Below, piece after piece: positions 21,621 to 34,300 of a stretch of DNA of 64,000 bases (positions within the stretch are counted from its first letter, which is position 1; each line of letters opens with the position of its first letter). Under the pieces are notes generated by a model that saw nothing but the letters and a program-made list of their open reading frames with translations, was not told where the DNA came from and did no database searches. The DNA is from Fimbriosthenelais zetlandica. Lineage: Eukaryota. Location of the stretch: the NCBI GenBank assembly GCA_977030845.1, contig OZ365113.1, positions 13,144,001-13,208,000 of the forward strand. Direction: 5' to 3'. Made by a program: the position numbers and the translations under genes.

Positions 21621-24600
21621 CGAGAAAACAAAGCATTAGCCTTTCCTCATAGTGTCAAGCATGTATACATATATATTGGGTTGTCAAGATAACTCATCCG
21701 TCACCCCAAAGGAGGGACAATTCATTCAGTGATTTGTCATTTGGGGTCTGGTGATAAGTGATGGGAAAACAAAGAGCAACTCCCCCTCTACAGCCTGAAC
21801 TAAGTGTGAACACTTGTGAGTTAAAGGGAACTAAAGTGGTGATTGATCACAAAGTCTGTGGATAAAACCATCCAGGTTGTCGCAGCTGAGGGCTTCACTT
21901 TGTCAGTTCACGACTTTAACTGAAACTAATCCCGAGAGAATTTAATGTGAAACCAAGTATTATTAAATTGGAGCTTATTTGTCTGAATATACATTGTGAT
22001 AACCAGCTGTGTGCAACTATCCCTTTAGTGCTCTGCACGTCAGGTTGCCTACAAATGCCTCATTATCATTCTTATTAAGCTGTAAAATTAAAAACTATCA
22101 GACAGGAAAGTTGATTCCCTACAAAATGACCATATTGATATTTAGAAATACTTATATTTCAATATGGTCATAAAAAGAGAATTCGCTAACACATTTTCTA
22201 TACATCTTTTCGACTTTTCCCGAGAATTTGTTCGATTGCTCAATATTGAAATTTTCTGTCCAGATATTCCAGTTGAAAACAGATTACCTTCAAATAGGAT
22301 TCATGTGGGAAGATTGACGCGGGAAGCAAAGGCTTATCAGAGGGAATTAATTATTGCCTTAACGATTTATGTAATTTATTTTGAAGAGTAAATCCCAAAA
22401 TACATCCAATACTTTTATGCATGGTTTTGATGCATGGTTAAGATCCTAATACTGATGGGGGCAAAGGAGTTTAAAATAATCTTCTTATTTTTAGCATAAG
22501 ATCATGCTGAGCATCAGAACGACCAAAGTCAGGAATCGCTGAAAAGAAGACGTTTCTGCAGCAGGTCACAGCCAGGATCAGGAAGAAAATGAATGCCAAT
22601 CTCATTGGGATTAAATGTGGATGAGACATCCCCACAAAAGCCCTTAATGTCCTTCATCATCCAATCAGTGTTTTGATGTTCAACCTTGGTCCATTCGAAC
22701 CACCCATTGTCTGATTGCTCAAGCCGTGACTTAATGTGAAGCTGGTGCCGGAAATGCTTTCTCTACCAAACATTTGTCTCAATAAGTGACTCGGGACACT
22801 AGGATAACCATCACAGACGAGGTTAAATCCATGTCACAGTGTCTACCAAGGCGGCCAGTCCTATCCAGAGAAGACATATGTGTCTGTTTGTGTTAACAAG
22901 AACTGGAGTCTCAATGCCATTCAATTTCTCCCATCAAAAGTGTTTTTCCTTTGTTCCAGTTGAGCCATCAGTATATATCTGTTTAGAAGAAATTATCTAT
23001 TAATTCTGATTGAATATTTACAATCCAACAATAACGTTGGGCAGAAACAACAGATTCCTCCTCTCACATGCTTCTAGGTGAACCATGCATGATGAGCCAA
23101 GGAAGCGTTATTATTGCGATTGTTGACAATTGGCCCTGTCACATCACCAGAAAGAAGCCATGGGAAATTGACCAGTTTCCTGCTTATGGACTACAAAATA
23201 TCACCTCTGGTGAAAAGGTTTCTCTTTCGACGAGCAGACCATGCTCCTTTTCTGACTGTCAGAATGTCTATTGCTGCAGGAAATGAAGGCATCATAACCT
23301 TGTGTAGGCTGATTCAACTTCTGATGGCTGAAAATTGGTTGCCAAGACCTTGAAGGATCGAGGCAGAGACAGTTTAGGGGCTCTTGGTGCCTTTTTGTTC
23401 GTCTGTCTACAAATTGGCTGAGAGGAATCGAGTCTTTGGGTATGAAAATAAACATTTTTATAGGGCACAAAAGTTATTGGTGGCTAAATATTATGTCTGT
23501 GAACCATCTTTTTATAGCTATACATTCAATGGCTTAGTATAATATTTCTGGCTTATTGTTAGGTATGTGAGATCAGTCTCTGATAGATCTACTAGGAGAT
23601 TTACTCAGCAAATAATAGCTCACATGCCCCACTGTATCTGTGACATCAAAGTTACTGGAAATCTGTGACTTTCTTTGAACTTTATGGCTTTATAGAGGAT
23701 CCGATTTACAACATGAAGGAAGATAATAGACCAACACAGTCTGAAGGAGGGCAAATTCCTAAAAAAGGACATAATTACTAATTATAATAGAAAAGTTACT
23801 CGAGGACATCATTCATTATGAAACACGATTGACATGCTCAATCAATCTAGGAAATTTCCCTTATATTATATAAAAGAAACCATGGAGAGCATGTCATCAG
23901 TTTTCTTGACTGTCTGATGAATTCCTTCTCAACGTTACTCTCAATTTTCTAATCATACTGTGGTGTAAAGGAAAGCGATAATTGTCTGCTAAGTGGGAAT
24001 TTTGATGTAAGTCATCCATTATAGCAATGATAATCATTGCTAATAGGGGCTTTCTACACCAAAAACCCCAGTTCCCATATGGACTAACACCCCCATCCCT
24101 GAATGATGTAAGTCCTAATTATGAAAGCCATTCAAAAATTAGCCACTATTCATTATACCCTGGAGGTGTAATATAGAGCAGGGGATCCAGGACAACAAGT
24201 ATTAACGCCGTGCTGTTGTGTTCTCACTCATCCTGGGAGGTATTTATATAAAGGGACAATGGAACCATAAGCCACATGCCCACCCCTTAGAGAATATAAA
24301 TGCCCCTGCATGTAATGCCCCTGTAAAACTACCAATAATAGGATCCAAAGAGAATTTCCAACTTTCTCTGATCCCCTTGCATATTTATTGTCATCAGCAG
24401 ATAAAAGTTTTCTGCAGATGGGATAAAATATGCAGCATACCCAACTAGGAATATTGAGATGTGAGCATGATCGTCAACTAATAAACATTCATTATACTAC
24501 AACATAATCAATGTACAGTCATGAATATAGGATAATACAGTGTTTAACTTCAGCCAGATCTGAAAAAAGGGGAGAAGATGTATATGGTAACAATGAATCC

Positions 24601-27600
24601 AGATTGTTTTGTACATAGGACTGATATATTCTACTTCAATGGCTTCACTGTTTCTATCCCCTGAAGGGATACCAAACGATGGCTTGAGTTTAAACACTCT
24701 GCAAAATGCCTTAATGGACATCCGGTTTGTGCCCCATACCGTGAGATAGTAACTTCATGACAAAGGTCTGTATTAAGGTTGGAGTGTCAAGACATTGAAT
24801 CTTCAGAGAAAAAGCTCACAGTACCAGGGGAACTCCAGTGATACTTCTCTCGGGTGGGACAATAGACGCTTTCGGTTGCAATATTTGCTTTCTATATTAG
24901 GATTCATGCTCACCATACTTCTATGTTAGGTCGATTTTATATACACGAAAGCAGTGCCACCATTCCTTCTCCGCTCAAAGATTAACAAAATATACACATT
25001 TGAAATCAAAGTCTTTTTATCAGGAATAAAGGGTTATTTTTGTTCATGTTCATCCATTTCTATCTTCTTTTTCACATTAATAATACATTAACCTCATCAC
25101 GTCTTGCTCATACCCCAAATTGGTCAGTTAAAAAGATGGTGAAGACGAATGAATGTTTCCGGTTTGTTCAAAGATTGTATCTGCCTGGATAAATATGAGA
25201 TCGAAATCAATATGATGAGCAAGCCAAAGGTAAATAGTAATGGAACACTAGAGTAAACTCACAAGGGCCCTTTTCTCACTAAATCAATATTCTTTGCAGA
25301 ATAAGAGGTTTCTCTTTATTTATAAATTTTCATTTCCAGACCGACATAAAACATTGTTTCAAGCCTTAAATAACACTTTTCTGATTACTTTTACTCTTAC
25401 TTACTGAGGAAAATTATACTTTTCAATGTTCAAATTTCAATGAGTACCTTGACCCTCAAGTGAAATTAACGTATTTCAATTTTTTGTTTTTAAATCTATA
25501 CCTTTTTTTAGCTCGCTCAATTAACTTTTCATTTCGGACCGCCTACTGAACATTATACGGTTGTATTGCATTGCACATCCAATTCCTAATCCAATCATAG
25601 CTTAAATGGACGCTCGCAGCAGGGTAAATAACGTCACCCTCATTATAAAGTCCATGCACTCAGTGGAATTTTGAAATTGGTCTCCCGTTTTATCTGTACT
25701 TGATATATCAGATGAAATAAACATTTTGAAGAATAGGTTTTCAAGAATGGCCATGGACAAGTTTCCGAATGATTCAAGGACAACGAAAAACCTGGCGAGG
25801 GATTTGGCGAGCTCTCTTGAGACCCTCACACAATCGATTGTCCCTCATAACGATCTAAATGGACTCCAGGCAGAATGCCTTATAACTATTATAATAAGAA
25901 ATTCTATAAAGAAAGACGACACATTGAGAATAACACTTAGTGAAAGATGAATCTACTAGACTAAAATTATTAATGTATTTAATGCAATTGAGCTGTGAAT
26001 TAAACTTTCACATTTCAAGATGCAAAATATGCCATGGTCCTATTTATCAAACTTCCTTAATCTCCCATGACAGCTGTCTCTAGGCCATAATGAGAGCACA
26101 TTCAGGCTACATTTTCTTGCTTCAGGATTGAATTATCCTCCCGGAACAGCAAGAAGATAAAACATATCCTCTGGCTGATCGGTCTCCATTCAAATGAACC
26201 AGCAAGTGAATGAGGAAGGGGCTCTAAACATAATTTTGGGCAAGTATATTTATATGACCCGTTACATCAATAACGCCCAACCATCAGCTTTAAGCTCTCA
26301 ATCTGGTTTACAAAACCAGTGATGAATACCTGGCTTATGAGGATAACATTTTACTTCATTACCGGCCTCCAAGTCCAATGCCTTTGATGGAGCCTCCTGC
26401 CTCAAGTCCTGACAGAGCTGTTCATGATGCTATTTACTGGGAGGGGGGCGTGCCTGCCAGCCAATATCTCTACTCATCCATTAAATCAGGCATAGGGATG
26501 AATATTTGCCAATGAGAAATAGAGAATGAATGATGAATCCTCCCTTAACACTGTTTGGCCTCATAGCCCCACCATGTGTTCCTGAAAACTTGCGGGTTGA
26601 TAAATGCATCTCAAGTGTACCATCTCAGGGGTATAGTCCATCCTAACTACCAATCTCTCCCTCTATTATATTCCAGATTACTATATATTTCCGGAAAGAC
26701 ACCCTCCAGGATCAAATCTGATCGTTCTGAGCAAAACTGACCATTGTCCAGGTCTGACCACTGTCGGGACAGAAGGACGACAAATATAGGTTGTCAGGGG
26801 TCAAAGACAAGAAACAACAGAAGTGATGTTAAAACTTTAACCCAGAACAATTGAAAACACTTGTTACAAAAAATATAAAGGCATTGGTCAAGTGATTATG
26901 TTAAACAGTTAACATTACCAAAACGGAAGGAAGATGATGTCCATCATGTCAGGCCAGTACACACCAGGAGCAGAGGGTAGAGTACCAATACCAATACCAA
27001 ACTGGAGATGTTTCCTGGTGGAGAGTTTCCTAGGCTCTGGTGTTAGAGGTTGAGTTGGAGTATATATATTAACTGTAACGCTTCACTGGTCGCATGGTTT
27101 GATATATAGCTAAAAAGGGGGGATTCTAAGAATAGTAGTGTAGTACAATGTTGAAAATACGTGTATATAGCACTAACCTATGAACACCCCTCATATATGT
27201 GGAAGGGTCTATTCTCGAAAAGGAAATACAGGACAGGAAGAAAGGCAGGACCTGGGTTATATAATGTTACAGATTGACACCATTACAGATTGATAACAAT
27301 TATAACATACATTTAGACCAAATGTCACAAGGTACACCTCCGTTATGAGAAAAACTGGCCATTATTGTGGTCACTTAGGGGATGTGACCATTAAGAGAGA
27401 GTGGACTGTGCATGTATATCTTAAAATCCAAAAGGGACCCGAACCTAGGAAATCAAACCACTCGTCTAGAATGAACCTATTAATTTTGTTTCTAATACAG
27501 GTATGTACATACATCTAAATTCTAATTGGCAGGAATAGCCATCCTTGATAGAACTCAGCACAATATACAATAAAGTCAGTATTACCATCAATAGAACTGT

Positions 27601-29930
27601 TCTTTCTACTTGGATCAGGAGCTTACTGCAACGGAAAAGGACAACCAGTTTTCGTTGGACTGGATGACCTTAAGTCTTTATCACTTTTGACCAGTTAGAA
27701 ACCCACAGAGGTCAGGAAATCAATGTGGTAGTTGTTAAGTTGTGGCCAGAATGGCATGGAGTGTTGCCAGAGACCTTTAAGTTCCCTCCTCAGCGTTGGA
27801 GGGCACCATAATTAAGGAAGCAGAGACTCACAGAAACTTCTTCAAATGTCTAGAATGTTTTTTTTGGGGCCAACATTTTATTTTTTTCCCAATGCTTTTC
27901 GCCTGGGACAAAGAAACTTGTCTTGTTTGCCAAACTGTTCAATTGCGTGAGCTGTGTAAGTTCATGGTTGCCTGAATATCAACTCCAGAATTTTCAATAA
28001 TGATTAAAGGAACTGATATTCATTTGTTCCAGGTATAATTTTCTCTGTTGAATACAAATATGTACATATATATGTGTGAAAGAAAGGATATTGTGATAGA
28101 TATCAATGTGTTGATGCCAACATAAAGAACCTGGGTAAGGAAGGTAAAGTCCCATTGCAGATGAATCTATTATGTTGACAGTGATTTTGATGTGCGGTAT
28201 ATTGAAAAATTTAGAAATAATTTTTATTGAGAATCATATTGGTTCACATTTTTATTATATCTTCACAGGAACTACATTTTCTTCAATACTTATAGTCTAC
28301 ATAAACCAAATTAAATATAATATTATAATATAATATGGAATTCATAAACTCCTGCATGGGAGTTCTTTAAGGAGGAAAATCGACCATGCAAATAGAGGCT
28401 ATGACGTGTGAAACGTCATCGCATATCGCATAATTAGTACTACAAATTTAACCAGTGTTTGTATTGCTTGACAGGTATGGTACGATCCAATTTACATGAG
28501 GGCCTACACGACTAGAGTATGAGTCACAAATAGCACAGACATAGCATCTTACAACTTTTCAGGTATCAGCTAGGTCCTCTGTCATATGTCAGTCATTAGA
28601 CTTGTAGGACATTTTCCTTCAGAAATAGGCCCAGACCACACACTTGGGCCAGAGCTAAGGCACACTCTGGACTGAAATTGGTTTAAAAATAAGGCAGAAA
28701 TTGTAATTCCAACTAATGGCCTTCCACCTTTTCTTTATTCTCGTTATTTAGGGCCTATTCGTCACAGCACAATATAATGGCCAAGGAATGAGATTCAGCC
28801 CATTACACACACCAAACTATCGTCTATGCAAATATGCAAACTCAATGGACGACAGTTGGTTGTGGAATAGACCACATTCATTTTGCCAGGCTTCCAAGCT
28901 GGAGAGGGTTTGGCATGTGCTCGACAACCCCTTGCCAGTTTGTTTAGTACCGACATTCTATAGATTTACCTTGGTACAGTGCAATAATTTTGAAAGAGGA
29001 TATATCACATTTCCACGTAAAATCTCATACACATCAGTTTTACACCTTGACTATAAGAGGCAGTTGATAAAGATGCAATACAAATCGAAGAGTGATTTTG
29101 ATCAATGCATATACAAATGCATTTTCATTTAGCTGCACGTGACGGCGAGTATCATACAAACATTCATTATTAACAGCATCTCTGGAAACTTTGGAAACTA
29201 CTTTATATTTGTATAACAAATAACATTTCTCACCACATAATATATAGATGGGTCTACCTATAATACACAACTAGAAAATGCAACATGAAGAAACATTTAC
29301 AGCTGTTTTGTCAGATCACTGCCTAGTGTAGCTAAATTTGTTGATGCTCGACCCCCTTATCCTCTATGACTTGAAGCAGTCATCAAGTGCTATCTTGATA
29401 ACTCAATTCCAATCGTGCATTTGCACAACCTTTACAATTACTATTCCGTTAAGTACATTTAGTGACACTAATTTTCATAATTCATTCGACCTTATACAGG
29501 AAGGGTTTTCTCATAAGTTTAGATTCTACAGAGAATTGGCACAGAAGGAATTCACCAAGAACAGTTTTTTTAATTGCCATTCTATGCAAATGACCGTACG
29601 TAAGATTAGATAAGAAGATCAATGAGTTTGGAAAATAGGATAGAGGTATAGGAACCGTATACAAGTGTACTCTAATATCAATGTATACCTATTAAGATCT
29701 TATAGAACCCCCTTCAATACTTGATCCTTCCCCCATGATCTTTTAAAGTTTACATGCAACAGCAGATTTCGTAATTATCATTTCTATCATGATATTAATA
29801 AGGTAGTCACAAAATAATTGTCCTTTGTTTAACAGGAGCAAAAATAGAACTCTCAATTGTCTATATTAATAAAATACTGTCCTTCTCCTGTCGAAGAGAA
29901 TAATATTTCTCAAGGAAATCACTTTTTGTG

Positions 29931-31118
29931 TCACATCGAAGTCCTGCCATTTAGAGCTGACATTTCAGAACTGTCAGTAAAGGTTGACGGAAGATGATGA
30001 TGGTGTGTCTTTAACCTAGATCGGTATCTGGCCCGATGAGTGCAAGGCTTGCACAGAATCCTGGCAAAGGCTTCTCGAAAGGATGAATTGTAGTACGCAT
30101 ACAGAAAGGGGTTGATCATTGAGTTACAATAGCCAAGCCAGAGTGATACTAAGTCCACGTGAACGTTAATTTCTATCGAGATAAACGGCTTGGCTGTGAA
30201 AAGCGCAAAATACGGCACCCAGCAAATGGCAAATGCCAGCACAAGTGAAGCTAGTGTAATGGTTGCTTTAGTATCGCTGGCAAGTTTGAGTTGTCGTCGT
30301 GACTCACCAGGGCTGAGCATTGTTGTAGCCTGACCAGCTTTATTGAGTTTGTTAATCTCTTGAACCTGTCTTTTGGTAATCAGTAAAATCCTCATGTATA
30401 CTCCACACATGGTAAAAAGTGGTGCAAAGTAAGTACCAATGGAGATTAAAATAACATAGACTTTGTTTAATTCAAACAAGCAAATTTCTGGGTTATCAAC
30501 ATTCTGAACATGTCCATCCAGTGTATTCCAACCAAGATGAATAGGAATAAATGCCATTATAAAGGAAAATAGCCAAATGAAGGCACAGGCCTTGTATACA
30601 AGTCGACAAGTGATTTTACACTGGTACCTCATTGGTGAGGTTACTGCAAAATTTCTGTCCAAACTTATGGCAAAGAGATTTAGTATTGACACTGTGCAAA
30701 GCATAACATCTGTTGAAGTAAAAATGTTACAGAATGTAGAACCCAAAGGCCAGTGGCTGTTTAAGGTATTCACTGCACTGAAAGGTAAAACTGTACACCC
30801 CAGGCAGAAGTCCGTTATGGCAAGAGAGAGAATGAAGTAGTTTGTTGGACACTGAAGCTTCTTGTTGGTTATCACGGCAAGCATCACCAAGAGATTACCC
30901 AAGATAGTCATTACGCAAATGATTCCAAGTAGAATACCTAGGATGATAAGCTGTGGTAGATCCCTGTGGATCTGTTCGGGAAATCCATGCATTGGTTGGT
31001 CTGTACCATTAGGTGACACTTGGTCATTCCTCCAAGAAGAATTAATCCCTTGGGCTGTGTTACTGATGGAAGATGAATTCAATTGAAGGGGATAGTGTAT
31101 AGAGTAGTTGGCCTCCAT
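29931..31118 (-). CDS. HRH2-like: Class A aminergic GPCR, histamine H2 receptor-like (395 aa, intronless CDS)
   Basis: Seven hydrophobic segments with rhodopsin-family motifs: GNxxV, LAxxD, D3.32 in STDVMLCTVSILNLFAISLDR (human H2 [21 protein letters not shown]), IHLGWN, KATITLA, CWVPYF, LWLGYCNSMINPFLY. N-terminal N-glycosylation sequons are present. One-to-one orthology is not established. Confidence 0.92.
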   Translation of the reverse strand: MEANYSIHYPLQLNSSSISNTAQGINSSWRNDQVSPNGTDQPMHGFPEQIHRDLPQLIILGILLGIICVMTILGNLLVMLAVITNKKLQCPTNYFILSLAITDFCLGCTVLPFSAVNTLNSHWPLGSTFCNIFTSTDVMLCTVSILNLFAISLDRNFAVTSPMRYQCKITCRLVYKACAFIWLFSFIMAFIPIHLGWNTLDGHVQNVDNPEICLFELNKVYVILISIGTYFAPLFTMCGVYMRILLITKRQVQEINKLNKAGQATTMLSPGESRRQLKLASDTKATITLASLVLAFAICWVPYFALFTAKPFISIEINVHVDLVSLWLGYCNSMINPFLYAYYNSSFREAFARILCKPCTHRARYRSRLKTHHHHLPSTFTDSSEMSALNGRTSM

Positions 31119-31188
31119 GGTCCGTTCACTAACCCCTTTAACACTTTCTTTTCTCCTATTACGAATGTTAGTAATTTTAGTCCTGCTC

Positions 31189-31380
31189 TTACACCATCAA
31201 ACTTCTGCTCATTGGCCAGCTACCTTTCAAGCTTTCCTCTCCGCTATGCACACATCCTCTGACATCCTTTCCATCTAGTACTGATTTACGGTGATTGGGT
31301 CGCTGGTAATCCACATGACTTGATTCAATCAAATGACAATGTCAAAGTCACCTGCTCCTGCAAGTACAGAAAGAAATACA
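31189..31380 (-). promoter_or_regulatory. Probable 5'-UTR splice acceptor and three upstream ORFs of the GPCR
   Basis: Minus strand reads gtatttctttctgtacttgcag|gagcag, with the AG ending at 31358. uORFs lie at 31316-31275, 31274-31227 and 31212-31189. Confidence 0.45.
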
Positions 31381-34300
31381 ATGATGACAGAAGTGTAATA
31401 AAGAATATCAATCCAATGCGGAATTTAATTATGCAGCACTTGTTGATACGCATGCTAATGACAGTATATTATTATTCTGAGAACTGACAAAGCATCGAAT
31501 ATGATCGCAGCCTTTTTGACAGGTGAGGATATTTCTAATTGTTACAGTGGCTATCTGTATATTGAGAGCACCTATTCACTTATCCTTAAATGGATGCAGT
31601 ACATTATGTTGGCCCAAACTTGTTAGTATGAAGCAATATCCTGAGCTATTGATAAATTCAGTGAACTAGACAGCTACATCCCTCCAGCTTGCATTTGTCG
31701 CCCATAAACAATACAAGCTTAGAACTGGGCGTATTGACTCATCTACAGGGATCTGCATGCCATATCCATGATTATCTCGAGGTGTTTTCGGTCATCGTCA
31801 AAGTCAGAGTGACACCCAAGTTATCCAGCTGATAAGGATGAGTTTGGACAGATTGAGCAAGTATCTAGAAGTGTATTATCATTGCTGCTGCATACTGGAG
31901 GAAAAGTGTGCTAATAGATTTGACTGTAACTTATTCTTGCAGGTCCATATCTAACTAAAGCAAAGACTACTACTGAACCATTATACACAATCTCCTTCAG
32001 CAGTTCTCAAAATCTGCACTGAGCCTTATTAAAACCCTAACTTGATTAGCCTTTAGAGCTGAATAATATATTTCTCTCCCATTTAATCCTGAAAAAAGAG
32101 AAGTGGAATAGTTGGAAGGTTAGAAGGTAGCAGAATATTATGCTAGACTTCTTTTGTGATAGATGACCCTATAGGATGAATAGCTGTCTAACAATGTCCT
32201 ATCTGCAATCCATTAAGTCACGATTTTAGACATTCATATCAGTCAGTCTGGACAGCCAGTCTTTAATCAGAGACAGGCTTTTTGTCTTTTTCTCCTATAG
32301 CTGACACCACCAGCACGGATTGACTGCAACCAGAGCCAAACAACCATGTTAAAATGATGGAAGGATGAGGAAGCAGAAGTTGCATCGTTAGCCATCGATC
32401 AGGTCCCCGAGAATTTCGAGATAAGAAGAGATAATATTATTTCGCTGCTGCTGGACTGACATCAAAAGACTGTCATCTATATCAGAGACCCAAAATAAGA
32501 TCGAGTTTCAAAGTTTTGTATTGAAGCTCAACGTTTTTTGAGTGAAAACAGAGCGTAATTGAGATTTCAAAAAGAGTAGAGCAGGGCTTGATGGCATAGC
32601 GGACATGATGGGTTCTGAAGCCTGCTGTCGGTACGATTGTATTCTTTGTACAGCTTTGGGAGACTATTACAGCTGAAGGATACAACAGAAGTTTGATTTG
32701 ATAACCATACATGTATTAATTCCTCGAAGATAACATTTCCACATTCGGTTTTGAAGAAAGAAAATAACTGAGAATTTACTTGGAGGGAACAGTAAAATGA
32801 AGGCATTTATAGTGAAATTATTCATAGAGATAAACCAGGAAGGGCGGAGAAGTGAAATGCATTCATGTCTGCTTGACTAGAGAATACAAAAACTAAGACT
32901 GAAAAGGTAATATCAGACACTTTAATTTCAACAATGTATACATAGAATTACCGTATACACAGATTTTTTTTAGATTATAATATTCATGAACACCCACTGC
33001 CTTTCTTCTGTATCATCTTTACCTCCTAGCTGATTAACTCAAGTGGCTTCAGTATGCAGTATTTAGATAGACAGCTAGAATTCCTTCCGGCCTTATTTGC
33101 CAGGCAGTCCTCTGAGGACAGCACAAGGATAGGTGTAACTTTAGGAAACAGTATTAACATGCTCCATGGCATCGTCTGGTTGACGTTTGGCCATCACCTG
33201 CTAGACTAGAGTTGCAATGTTCCAGGATTCTTGAAAGAGAAAGATATCAATCCTAACTTGTAATGCTGCAAGCTGTCATCGAAACCCTTTTCAGACCATA
33301 ATACTCAAAATGTTATGTATAATTGTTGTGGCCCTAATGGAATCTTGAAGAAAAAATAAAATAAAAAAGTAATACAAAAAGTAAAATAAAATCGGGTTTG
33401 ATTAATAAATGATGACATATCAGTGATATGAGTGAATATGAGGCTCAACTTAGGTAGAGATGTTATTAGGTAGACTATCATTTTAAACAGGAAACTCTTT
33501 CTTTTATTTATGAAACTATTTTTCCATTTACCTTGTATAGTATCCTACAGGGGGACATGTATGATGGTGTTGAGTAACTGTGAGGGTTTTTTCATATCGT
33601 TCCCTCCAGTACTCATCGTAATACTGAGGAAAAACACCTTCATATTTATACCGTGCACGAGCACCCTTTGCACAGAAACTCCTCATGGAGCATTTGCAAA
33701 CGCATTTTTGTGATAAACAGGCAGCTATAGACCTAACGGTTTCAATTATACTCCATGTTTTTCTGGGACAAAAATTAATGCAAACCTGCTGCCGATGGGC
33801 AATGTATCTAGGATAATTTTAAATGGTATAAAGGAAGCAGGCCTAAAAAGTTTAAATAGCATGAACATCACAAATACGTCAGCTGAAATGAACTTCTGTT
33901 CTTGGTCAAATATGTTGCCACATTACATGGTCCAATTACAGGCGAACGTCAACCTACATGGTTATGTTTTTCGCCTGTAAACAAATATTGTACCAGATTG
34001 TGTCCTCCAGATGTTATTGTTATACCAAGAGTATGTCACCTCTTTCTAAACTTAACGCCGCCATACACAAAATTAATGTTCAATATTTGGTGTGCGGGGA
34101 ATCAATGGCTTATGGTCAGTTTTAATGGGAAGTGACGCTAACATTAATTCATAAACTTATAACATTTTTTATGTATTCTTAGCAGCCTTAACAAGCCAAG
34201 TGTCTCATTTTTTTATTCTGACAGAGGGTGCTGTATTCGCATGAGTATTTACATAAATAACCTATATATATGTTCCATTGATATTGGGGACAATGTACTT

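Noticed and set aside
21359-21652. ORFs containing X runs
   Set aside because: Open only because they span the N gap.
22126-22171. 13-bp perfect inverted repeat with 20-nt spacer; similar small hairpins at ~28407, ~39912 and ~44408
   Set aside because: Short, AT-rich or isolated, with no supporting context; near chance expectation.
30577-31086. Plus-strand ORFs overlapping the GPCR
   Set aside because: Antisense shadows of the real CDS.
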